Source: Candidatus Woesearchaeota archaeon
GTDB taxonomy: Archaea; Nanobdellota; Nanobdellia; Woesearchaeales; UBA525
Length of the DNA: 64,000 nt
Direction: 5' to 3'
Assembly (NCBI GenBank): GCA_028818155.1
Contig: JAPPOH010000014.1
Coordinates: 75,042-139,041 of the forward strand
Shown: positions 1 to 7,747 of the stretch, piece by piece
Numbering within the stretch: the stretch's first letter is position 1
Layout of the letters: each line of letters opens with the position of its first letter
The notes under the pieces: generated by a model
Database searches by the model: none
Seen by the model: only the letters and a program-made list of their open reading frames with translations
What the model was told of the DNA's origin: nothing
Made by a program: the position numbers and the translations under genes

Positions 1-21
1 GTTCCTATTACCGGAACTATT

Positions 22-552
22 ATGAAAAGCAAAGAAACACAGCTCCTTGAACTCTTCTTCAACCACCCAACGAGGCAGTGGCATTTTGAAGCGTTGTTGA
101 GAGAAGCATCTATTACACGAAGCAAAGCAAGTTTGTGGCTCAAGAAATTCATACAAGAAGGATTCATCAAACGTATCAAACCTCAAGGTAAAATGCCATA
201 TTATGTGAGTAAGCACGAATCAGCAGCGTACAGAAATAGAAAAAGACTTTACGCGCAGCAACAACTCTATGAAAGTGGCCTGCTTAACTATCTCCATAAT
301 CTCAGCGCAGAGACAGTTGTCTTGTTCGGGAGTTTCGCTCGATCAGACTGGCATGCCGGAAGTGATGTCGATGTGTTCGTTTACGGAGATGAAGAGCTTG
401 ACCTCAGCACCTATGAAACTACGTTGCACAGAGAGATTCAAGTGTTTACTTGCAAAAACAACGAAGAGCTAGAAAAATATGGTGCAGGATTAGTAAACAA
501 CATACAACGAGGAACGTTCATTAAAGGGAACGTTGTTGATATGCGTGTATGA
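22..552 (+). CDS. wHTH + minimal nucleotidyltransferase (MNT-type, antitoxin-like) protein
   Basis: N-terminal wHTH-like region followed by GSFARSDWHAGSDVDVFV, the GS...DxD minimal nucleotidyltransferase signature. Paralog of 54708..55229. Confidence 0.8.
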   Translation: MKSKETQLLELFFNHPTRQWHFEALLREASITRSKASLWLKKFIQEGFIKRIKPQGKMPYYVSKHESAAYRNRKRLYAQQQLYESGLLNYLHNLSAETVVLFGSFARSDWHAGSDVDVFVYGDEELDLSTYETTLHREIQVFTCKNNEELEKYGAGLVNNIQRGTFIKGNVVDMRV

Positions 553-571
553 TCGATGTGAACGTGAAGGT

Positions 572-970
572 ATGTTTGTTGCACTTGAAGAAGTAGACAA
601 GGAAAAAATACAATCAATGGTGCGCATTGCAGCAGGCGACATTTCTGCAGCAGAACGATTAAAAAAAGAGTTAGATGACGAGAGCATCGAGTGGAACAGT
701 GTGTACAAGCTCTACTATGACGCGATACATGAACTCACTGAAGCATTTCTCCGGTTCGATTTTGTGAAATCTGCCAATCATCAATGCTTATTCGCATATC
801 TTTGTGAAAAATATGCATATGAATTCCGATTCTTTGAAACGATGCGAAAAAAGAGGAATGGCATCAATTATTATGGAACAGCAGTACAACATACTGACTG
901 GCAACACATTGAAGAACAGTTCTACACATATGTTCGTAAATTACAAAAAAATATCGAGGAGCGGTTATGA
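572..970 (+). CDS. HEPN-like helical partner of the nucleotidyltransferase
   Basis: ATG at 572 preferred; the track ORF starts at TTG 533. Clear paralog of 54313..54717, sharing (S/N)HxCL and R..RNxINYYG. MNT then HEPN gene order. Tyr sits where the canonical Rx4-6H His is expected. Confidence 0.65.
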   Translation: MFVALEEVDKEKIQSMVRIAAGDISAAERLKKELDDESIEWNSVYKLYYDAIHELTEAFLRFDFVKSANHQCLFAYLCEKYAYEFRFFETMRKKRNGINYYGTAVQHTDWQHIEEQFYTYVRKLQKNIEERL

Positions 971-1554
971 AGCGATATCCACACAGTCTCCTCATCATTT
1001 ACGTGGTGTTCTGGGCAGCCTTAGCAGTCAGTCCAGCGAATAGATTCGATTGGTTTCTCGAGAACATTCTCGTGTTCATCTCCATTCCTGTTCTCCTCTG
1101 GACGTACGTGAAGTTTCGTCTCTCGAATCGTTCGTACACGCTGATCTTCATTTTTATGGTGTTACACACCATCGGTTCACACTACCAGTACGCTGGCGTT
1201 CCCTTCGGCTTTTGGCTCCAAGATCTTTTCGAGTTATCGAGGAACCATTATGATCGTATCGTGCACTTTTCCTATGGGTTATTGCTCGCATACCCTGTGA
1301 GAGAGCTCTTTTTACGTCTCGCAACAGTCCGTAGCTCGTGGAGCTACTGGTTCCCTATTGAACTGACACTTGCGTTTTCTGCTCTCTTCGAGATTATCGA
1401 GTGGCTTGTCACGATTATTGTCAGTCCTGAAGCAGGGGCTGCGTATCTCGGCATTCAAGGAGATGAGTGGGATGCGCAGAAAGATATGGCCCTCGCCGGC
1501 CTTGGCGCTGTGCTGAGCATGTGTGTGACTGCGCTTGTGCAGAACGACAAGTAA
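967..1554 (+). CDS. multi-pass membrane protein, DUF2238/YjdF-like
   Basis: Several hydrophobic helices. Sequence pattern resembles the YjdF family from memory. Start overlaps the upstream stop (ATGA). Confidence 0.5.
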   Translation: MKRYPHSLLIIYVVFWAALAVSPANRFDWFLENILVFISIPVLLWTYVKFRLSNRSYTLIFIFMVLHTIGSHYQYAGVPFGFWLQDLFELSRNHYDRIVHFSYGLLLAYPVRELFLRLATVRSSWSYWFPIELTLAFSALFEIIEWLVTIIVSPEAGAAYLGIQGDEWDAQKDMALAGLGAVLSMCVTALVQNDK

Positions 1555-1563
1555 CGAGAGAAA

Positions 1564-2826
1564 CTACAGAGGATACCGTGCACGAATGGCATCCAATCTT
1601 GGACGATCAATGTTACTTCCCGAGTGTACGAGCACGACATTGACAGGCCTTCCAAGCTCGTTCGCATATGCCTCAAGATTGACAGCCCCTGAAATGAGCG
1701 AAGCCAACGGTGTAGCTGCGGCACCTTCCACAACGTTCATCATGTCAACCATACCAGCACCCTTTACATGTTCCCCAAGCATCTTTGCAGTTTCATTTTG
1801 TCGTCTCATTCTCTCCTGCGTCTCGGCAATGTATGCATCTCCGTATACCATCGCTATTGCTTGCTCGATAGCCCCTTCAGGGACAGTGACAATATCATCA
1901 ACGAACCTGCGGACGCAACCAAACATGTCTGGAGATGCGCTCTTCACCATGATGCCGTCAGCACATGTTGTTGCTTCCATATCTGTTGATTCTGGAACAA
2001 GTGCTTCTGCCTTGAATGAGCGCGCCATAGAGTCAGCTGCTCCAGATTGGACGCCAACAACGTATGTTTTGCCTCTGCCTGGCTGAGTTTCATAGTGGTC
2101 AGCAATCATTCCGACACCAGTGATAAGGCCTCCGCCACCAACAGGTACGATGATAACATCAGGGTGTGTTCCTTCCAGATATTGTTGCGCCATTTTTTCG
2201 TGGTCGACCGATATGCCACTGTCACGACTCTGTGGCATCCCTGTCATCTTCTCGAAAATCTCGTATGCGATAGTTGCTTGCCCGCAAATCACTGCAGGAT
2301 CTTGATATGCGTGTACGTATGTTGCGCCTGTTTCTTCTACTCTTTCTTTCGCAGCCAGCACCGACTCATCATAAAACGCACCTTCAAGAACGACATCAAC
2401 GAATTCTCCACCGAACAATTTCACACGATCAATTTTCACCTGTGGTGCTCCTTCTGGCATGAATATCGTTGATTGAATGCCGTACTTTGCTGCGGCGAGC
2501 GCAACACCTTGCGCATGGTTTCCTGCGGAGGCAGTTACGACAGATGAGGGAAGATTTCCCTCACGCTCTCGTGTTTTAAAGAATACTTCTGCGCCGCGAC
2601 GCTTGAATGTGCCTGCTTTCTGCATTGAGTCGAGTTTTACTACTGCGCCTTCCACGAATTCTCTTTGAGGTCCAAGAGCGCGCTCGATAGAACTTGCAGG
2701 TCCTAGTTTGTCACGCATGTACGGAACAATCATAGGTGTTCGTTCGAATATTCCACCATCTGGGCCGCATAGGTGTTCGCATGCCGCTCCGATACTCTGC
2801 ATACTCAACTTATCGACAAGTGCCAT
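1564..2826 (-). CDS. PLP-dependent threonine/serine dehydratase
   Basis: FKRRGA PLP-lysine motif, SAGNHAQGVALAA, and the PVGGGGLITG glycine loop. Start set to ATG 2826 because a TATA box (revcomp AAAATATATAAAG, 2847-2860) lies about 27 nt upstream, inside the GTG-extended track ORF. Confidence 0.75.
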   Translation of the reverse strand: MALVDKLSMQSIGAACEHLCGPDGGIFERTPMIVPYMRDKLGPASSIERALGPQREFVEGAVVKLDSMQKAGTFKRRGAEVFFKTREREGNLPSSVVTASAGNHAQGVALAAAKYGIQSTIFMPEGAPQVKIDRVKLFGGEFVDVVLEGAFYDESVLAAKERVEETGATYVHAYQDPAVICGQATIAYEIFEKMTGMPQSRDSGISVDHEKMAQQYLEGTHPDVIIVPVGGGGLITGVGMIADHYETQPGRGKTYVVGVQSGAADSMARSFKAEALVPESTDMEATTCADGIMVKSASPDMFGCVRRFVDDIVTVPEGAIEQAIAMVYGDAYIAETQERMRRQNETAKMLGEHVKGAGMVDMMNVVEGAAATPLASLISGAVNLEAYANELGRPVNVVLVHSGSNIDRPRLDAIRARYPL

Positions 2827-2874
2827 TCGACGGAGAGATGTGCGTTTCTTTATATATTTTACCACTTTTAAGTG

Positions 2875-3297
2875 CTAATGGCAACACCGCGGCACGCCCT
2901 TCTTAATCATCAGCAAATTCACAGGATACGCGGCAATATACCCTCCAGTCAGCGCAAGTAACATCCCAAACCAGAGAATCGGATCAGAGAACCCAGCATC
3001 CATCACGCCAGGCGTATAAATCTGAATCAGCACTTCCGTCGCTTCCATCACAGAAATAGAAATCACCTCACCGAGCGCAATAATCTTGAACGCCTCCTTC
3101 ACAGTCTTACCACGCTTCTTCAATGGAAGAATGCCAAGAAAGAACCCAAACACGAAACCAAGAGACACACCAAGCGTAATCGACTGCCACGTCGCCCAAC
3201 CAAGCGACACACCGATCAGCACACCGACAACCTCACCGAGACCGCAGCCAAGTAAACAGTGTGCGGTTGTTGAAGCAGCGAGCTTGTAGTAGCTCAT
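2875..3297 (-). CDS. DUF4396-like membrane protein, last gene of the copper operon
   Basis: N-terminal AHCLLGCGLGE motif typical of DUF4396, 4 TM helices, C-terminal RCCH tail. ATG 3297 is preceded by a GGTG SD-like element; the track ORF starts at GTG 3336. Confidence 0.6.
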   Translation of the reverse strand: MSYYKLAASTTAHCLLGCGLGEVVGVLIGVSLGWATWQSITLGVSLGFVFGFFLGILPLKKRGKTVKEAFKIIALGEVISISVMEATEVLIQIYTPGVMDAGFSDPILWFGMLLALTGGYIAAYPVNLLMIKKGVPRCCH

Positions 3298-3438
3298 ACC
3301 GACACCATAATAAACGCGCCTGGCAAAGAAGAACACATGACGTTCATTCGTATGAGTGTTGCGGCACTTCTCCTCCTTGCAGGCTTGAGCACGCTCCTCA
3401 TCACATCGAGCGGACTTGGCTTCCGTATCGAGAGTCTC

Positions 3439-3699
3439 TCAGATATCATCGGGGTCATCAGCATCATCCTCGGCTGTACGCTGCTCGCCGTGCGTTGAGT
3501 CACATTGCCCCATCCACGAACCATCAGGCATCTGATGGCACGGCATCTCATCCATATTCTGTGTGTCGCCACAGTCGCCCATCCACGAACCATCAGGCAT
3601 CTGATGACAGGGCATCTCATCCATGTGGTGTGCTGCCGGGGGTTCTGTCGTTGTACATGCGATAATGCATAACAATCCAATAAGTGCTAGATATTTCAT
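3439..3699 (-). CDS. small lipoprotein with two MDEMPCHQMPDGSWMGxC repeats and an acidic tail (putative metal binding)
   Basis: Signal peptide plus lipobox (LLCIIAC). Two tandem 18-aa Met/Cys/His motifs. ATGA overlap with the multicopper oxidase stop. Confidence 0.7.
   Translation of the reverse strand: MKYLALIGLLCIIACTTTEPPAAHHMDEMPCHQMPDGSWMGDCGDTQNMDEMPCHQMPDGSWMGQCDSTHGEQRTAEDDADDPDDI
3502..3624 (-). repeat. tandem coding repeat (2 x 54 nt, 49/54 identical) encoding MDEMPCHQMPDGSWMGxC
   Basis: Direct comparison of 3502-3555 with 3571-3624. A third, more diverged copy lies at 5142-5195 inside the multicopper oxidase gene. Confidence 0.9.
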
Positions 3700-5273
3700 T
3701 CTCGTACCTCCACGTTCATCATTGCCATCATGCCAGCATCAAGGTGTTCAGCAATATGGCAGTGCATCATCCACATGCCAGGATTGGTGATGTCAACAAG
3801 TAAATCATACGTACTGCCCGCGGGAATGAGTGTTGTGTCCTTCCACACCATGTTCTCGTTCCTTTCTCCATCTTTCTCAATGACGAGGAACCGTTGTCCG
3901 TGCAAGTGGATCGGGTGTTGCATTGGGTGCATGCTGTTTTCTTTGTTCGTAAAGCGCATCTTGATAATATCACCGAGTTTTGTATCGATCATAATGTCCA
4001 TATTCTCTTTCCCAGTTGCCGTATCGCGAATCACCCACGTCACGTCTTTTGTTGTGTGTGCTTTGTTCAACTCTTGCATCGTGTCTTCCCATTCGATAGG
4101 ACCTGCTTCATGCATCTCATGGTGCATGTCTGGCATCTTGATGTCAAGCTCAAAGTCATAGTCTGGTTCTTTTGAAAAGTGATGCTGCACATCACTAATT
4201 TCCTCAATAATTTCTTCATTCTTTCGTTCTTCAAAGAACACGGAAGCGAAATTGTTTCTTGCAGGGGTATCCTTGACAAGTACCGTGACAAGGTTATAGA
4301 TCTTGCCAGCTGCCCTGTGTTGTATCGTGTACGTTTTTGCTGTTGGAAAGTGCACATCAACGATGTATCGCTCTGCAGGGCCAATAATCAGCTCATCAAT
4401 GAGTTCCTCTCGCTCATAGAAGCTCAGGTCAGAAGCGATCCGCTTCATAGACGCGCCTGGCACGACAAGCTTGAATGGCCTGGCGTTCGCGACATTTGTG
4501 ATATAGAAGCGAACAACATCCCCTTCATTCGCATCCATAGCAAACTCTTCCTCTCCGTTTACAAGCATAGTGTTGCCGAAACGACCCATGATCGCGTGGT
4601 CTGCATGATCCTTCCCGTACTCGAGCTGCTCACCTTCTAATAGGATGTCATCGAGCATCAGGACTTCTTCTCTATTCACCTTCGCATCGTAATTGTTTGG
4701 GAGCACGATCATGTTTCCTGCGAGGCCTGCGTCTTGCTGGATATCTTCTCGGACGTGTGGGTGGTACCAGAACACGCCATCGTCAGGGAAGCTCACAGTA
4801 TAGACATGTTTCCCGCCAGGCAAGACTGGATCTTGTGAAACACCAGGGACGCCATCATCTTTCACATCGTGTCGCAAGCCGTGCCAGTGCACTGTTGTCT
4901 CCTGGTCTATGTTATTTCGGAAGTTGACGGTGATCGTTGCGCCTTGCTTTGCTCTGAGGACAGGACCGGGGATCATGCCGTTGTACCCGTACATTCTGAT
5001 TGTCTGTCCATTAATCTCTTTTTCAACGATTTCTGATGTGAGATCAATCTCATCGCCGTTTTTCACATAGAGAATCCTTGACGATGCTGCTTTCGCAAGG
5101 TCTTCCCGCTCAGCAATAGTGAATATCTCTGGTGCTTCGTCACATCGCCCCATCCACGTGCCGTCCGGCATCTGATGGCAAGGCATGTCATCCATATTAT
5201 GTACTCCTTGAACTGTTGGTGCTGTCGGTGAGCACGCGACAAGTAATAATGTAAGGGCAATAATGTACCTCAT
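3696..5273 (-). CDS. multicopper oxidase (lipoprotein)
   Basis: Copper-ligand motifs HWHG, HPHVRED, HPIHLHG and HCHIAEHLDAGMM. Lipobox LLLVAC. N-terminal copy of the MPCHQMPDGTWMGRC motif. Confidence 0.9.
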   Translation of the reverse strand: MRYIIALTLLLVACSPTAPTVQGVHNMDDMPCHQMPDGTWMGRCDEAPEIFTIAEREDLAKAASSRILYVKNGDEIDLTSEIVEKEINGQTIRMYGYNGMIPGPVLRAKQGATITVNFRNNIDQETTVHWHGLRHDVKDDGVPGVSQDPVLPGGKHVYTVSFPDDGVFWYHPHVREDIQQDAGLAGNMIVLPNNYDAKVNREEVLMLDDILLEGEQLEYGKDHADHAIMGRFGNTMLVNGEEEFAMDANEGDVVRFYITNVANARPFKLVVPGASMKRIASDLSFYEREELIDELIIGPAERYIVDVHFPTAKTYTIQHRAAGKIYNLVTVLVKDTPARNNFASVFFEERKNEEIIEEISDVQHHFSKEPDYDFELDIKMPDMHHEMHEAGPIEWEDTMQELNKAHTTKDVTWVIRDTATGKENMDIMIDTKLGDIIKMRFTNKENSMHPMQHPIHLHGQRFLVIEKDGERNENMVWKDTTLIPAGSTYDLLVDITNPGMWMMHCHIAEHLDAGMMAMMNVEVRE

Positions 5274-5605
5274 GCGTCACCTCGACAATGCACACGAACA
5301 TGGTTGTCAACGATATGCATGAGTTCATCAATATTTTCCTCGATGGCATAAATTCTGAACTTGCCGTCTTTCTCTTTTCTCACGATACCTGCGTTCTCTA
5401 ATTTTGTGAGCGCGTGTGAGACTGCTGATTGTTCAAGGCCTGTTTCTGAAGAGATCTCCGTGACGTTTTTTTGCTTTTTCCGCAGTGTATTCACAACTAA
5501 GAGCCTATTGTGATTCCCAAGCGCGTCAAAGAACGTTGCATGCGGCCCACATAAGCAATCTTCACATTTACAGTTCGTACACCCACACTTCATATGAAGA
5601 ATCAT
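5270..5605 (-). CDS. ArsR/SmtB-family metalloregulator with Cys-rich N-terminus
   Basis: wHTH region (NRLLVVNTL...VSHALTKLENAGIV) preceded by MKCGCTNCKCEDCLCGPH. ATGA overlaps on both sides. Confidence 0.8.
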   Translation of the reverse strand: MILHMKCGCTNCKCEDCLCGPHATFFDALGNHNRLLVVNTLRKKQKNVTEISSETGLEQSAVSHALTKLENAGIVRKEKDGKFRIYAIEENIDELMHIVDNHVRVHCRGDA

Positions 5606-6498
5606 TCATATGTTGTATTTAAGTCTTGTGCATTTATCTCATCGAATTGCGCTGCTGCTTGCTGCACTATTTGTTTAGCTTTATTGATATCCTGTAGCGC
5701 AATCTGATATTCACGACGGTCAATCTGCGCGAAAGCATCTTGTAAAAGCTCTTGTGCCACCTGCACACTCTCATCTATAACTGCAAGAGCATCATCTGTC
5801 CCTTCTAATTGACTCAGCTGATTTATGGTCTCATTGACAACGTCTGCGTTACTCTGTATCTGCTCTCTGATTGCACTCGAGATCATGCTATCTGTTTTTT
5901 TCGCAAATTTAATCGCATCAACGTAGTTCTCCTTCTCAATAAGTGCTTTCGCTCGTTCGAACATCTTGAACGCGTCGCCTGCATCGATCTGAAATTGTTG
6001 TGCCGCGTTCATATCAAATTGCAGTTCTTTCACTGCTCGCTCTGCATCTCCTTTTTTACTGAAGAGCGTGTGGGACATGATACGGGAAAGGAACACATAT
6101 GGGAAGAGGTTAAAGAATCCTTCAGCAACCTCACCGAAAACAGGAATTGTGCCAAGTGGGAAAAAATTTGATGCTTCCCAAGCCGCCATACCTGCCATAC
6201 CGAGAGCTGGGCCCAATCCAACGATTTTTCGTTCGTGAATGAAGACGCCAACAAGAATAATTGCTGCTGCTGTGAAATCGCCTGCATCAACGCCAATAAG
6301 TCCGACAAGAATTAAGTTATCAGCATGCGAAATGCCAAAGTCAACAACGTAGTCGTAAATGAGTGCACCAATATACCTGCGAAACAAGAAGACGAGAACG
6401 ATAAATACAACAAGTGCTACAATCACTACCAGTTTCCAATTCTCGAAAATTGTCTTTGCAACGCTAAGATACTTGTACCAGTCAAGGAACTCGAACAT
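5602..6498 (-). CDS. membrane protein with C-terminal helical/coiled-coil domain, first gene of the copper operon
   Basis: N-terminal TM helices and a Q/A/E-rich helical C-terminus. TATA (CTATTTAAACG, 6520-6529) lies about 27 nt upstream of ATG 6498. No family recognised. Confidence 0.5.
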   Translation of the reverse strand: MFEFLDWYKYLSVAKTIFENWKLVVIVALVVFIVLVFLFRRYIGALIYDYVVDFGISHADNLILVGLIGVDAGDFTAAAIILVGVFIHERKIVGLGPALGMAGMAAWEASNFFPLGTIPVFGEVAEGFFNLFPYVFLSRIMSHTLFSKKGDAERAVKELQFDMNAAQQFQIDAGDAFKMFERAKALIEKENYVDAIKFAKKTDSMISSAIREQIQSNADVVNETINQLSQLEGTDDALAVIDESVQVAQELLQDAFAQIDRREYQIALQDINKAKQIVQQAAAQFDEINAQDLNTTYE

Positions 6499-6573
6499 GC
6501 AGATTCTTCAGAAGCGGGCTATTTAAACGTTATACACAGAAAGGAATATAAGGAGAAATCCTACCGATACATT

Positions 6574-7719
6574 GTGAAAGTCCTTATCGTTGGTGGGGGA
6601 ATTGGCGGTTTAGCGCTTGCAGGTTTTCTGAAACAAAAGTCCATTGATTGTGTTGTGATAGAGAAATGCAAACAATGGCGAACAATCGGGTATATTTTAG
6701 CGCTCGCTCCCGTTGCAGTAAAGCAAATTAACGCGCTTGGTGCAAGCGCAGTTCTTGCAAACAGTGCGAAGGTGCAAGGACATATCATCAAGAATGCATC
6801 TGATAAAGTCATCCTGGAGAAGAGTTTTGATGTGTACGAAAAAAAATACGGGCCGACATGTGAAGTGGAGCGAGAAGAGCTGCACAAAACGCTCAGAGAA
6901 GTAAATAAGGATACTGAAATACGCATGAACACCACCATCGCAGCACTTGATGAAACATCAGAGGGTGTCAACGTAACATTCTCTGACGGAAAGAAAGAGC
7001 AATTCGACATCGTTGTTGGCGCTGATGGCATCAATTCACAGCTACGAAGCATGATACAACCGAAAGCAACAACTGACTATTCCGGTGCGACATTCTGGTT
7101 CATGTGGGTGCCGAAAGTCACAAAAATTGAGAGTATTGTGAACTATATTGGGGAAGGACAGCTTGTTGGTCTGTACCCGTGCAAAAAACGAGACAAGATG
7201 TGCGTACTCTTCATGGTACCAAGGAAACAGCATAGCATTACCGATCCGAAAGAGAGTATTCCATTCCTCAAATCGCACTTTCGCAACATGAAAGGACACG
7301 TCCCTACTGTTCTCGAGCATCTCCCTGCAGAACCGGACGCAATGTATCATCATGACGATGATGAAGTGCACCTCAGGAACTGGTACAAAGGAAGAATTGT
7401 ACTCCTAGGTGATGCAGTGCACGCACTTTCGCCTGTGTTCGGTCTCGGTGCTGCGATGGCATTAGAAGATGCTGCAGTCTTATCAGAGGAACTCGCGCGG
7501 TGTGACAACCATACCGCTGCATTTGAGAACTACAAGCAACGACGATTTCCGCGAGTACACAAGATCGCCACTATGTCACGGGAAGTGCATGCGCTGTTCA
7601 GGCTCTACGAAGTACCATTACTCAAAAAACTCCTGTACAAATGCACCATACCATTCGCAAGCAGATTCTTTAAAAAATATTACAAGAATGTGAACACGTT
7701 CTTTCAGGACGACATCTAG
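6574..7719 (+). CDS. FAD-dependent monooxygenase (UbiH/aromatic-ring hydroxylase-like)
   Basis: GGGIGGLALA dinucleotide fold, GADGINSQLR, GDAVHALSPVFGLGAAMALEDA. Start moved to GTG 6574, which has a TATA (AATATAAGG, 6545-6553) 25 nt upstream; the track ORF from 6325 overlaps the divergent gene. Confidence 0.8.
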   Translation: MKVLIVGGGIGGLALAGFLKQKSIDCVVIEKCKQWRTIGYILALAPVAVKQINALGASAVLANSAKVQGHIIKNASDKVILEKSFDVYEKKYGPTCEVEREELHKTLREVNKDTEIRMNTTIAALDETSEGVNVTFSDGKKEQFDIVVGADGINSQLRSMIQPKATTDYSGATFWFMWVPKVTKIESIVNYIGEGQLVGLYPCKKRDKMCVLFMVPRKQHSITDPKESIPFLKSHFRNMKGHVPTVLEHLPAEPDAMYHHDDDEVHLRNWYKGRIVLLGDAVHALSPVFGLGAAMALEDAAVLSEELARCDNHTAAFENYKQRRFPRVHKIATMSREVHALFRLYEVPLLKKLLYKCTIPFASRFFKKYYKNVNTFFQDDI

Positions 7720-7747
7720 CGGACGATTTGATGGAGAGAATAACAAT

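Noticed and set aside
3261-3680. ORFs 3261..3665 (plus strand) and 3294..3680 (minus strand) overlapping the small CHM-repeat lipoprotein gene.
   Set aside because: They are alternative-frame readings of the tandem repeat. Only the 3439..3699 frame gives a lipobox, an ATGA coupling to the oxidase gene, and a motif shared with the oxidase N-terminus.
6325-6573. The N-terminal extension of the monooxygenase ORF overlapping the divergent gene 5602..6498.
   Set aside because: The Rossmann GxGxxG fold begins right after GTG 6574, which has a TATA box 25 nt upstream. The extension overlaps another gene and the promoter region.
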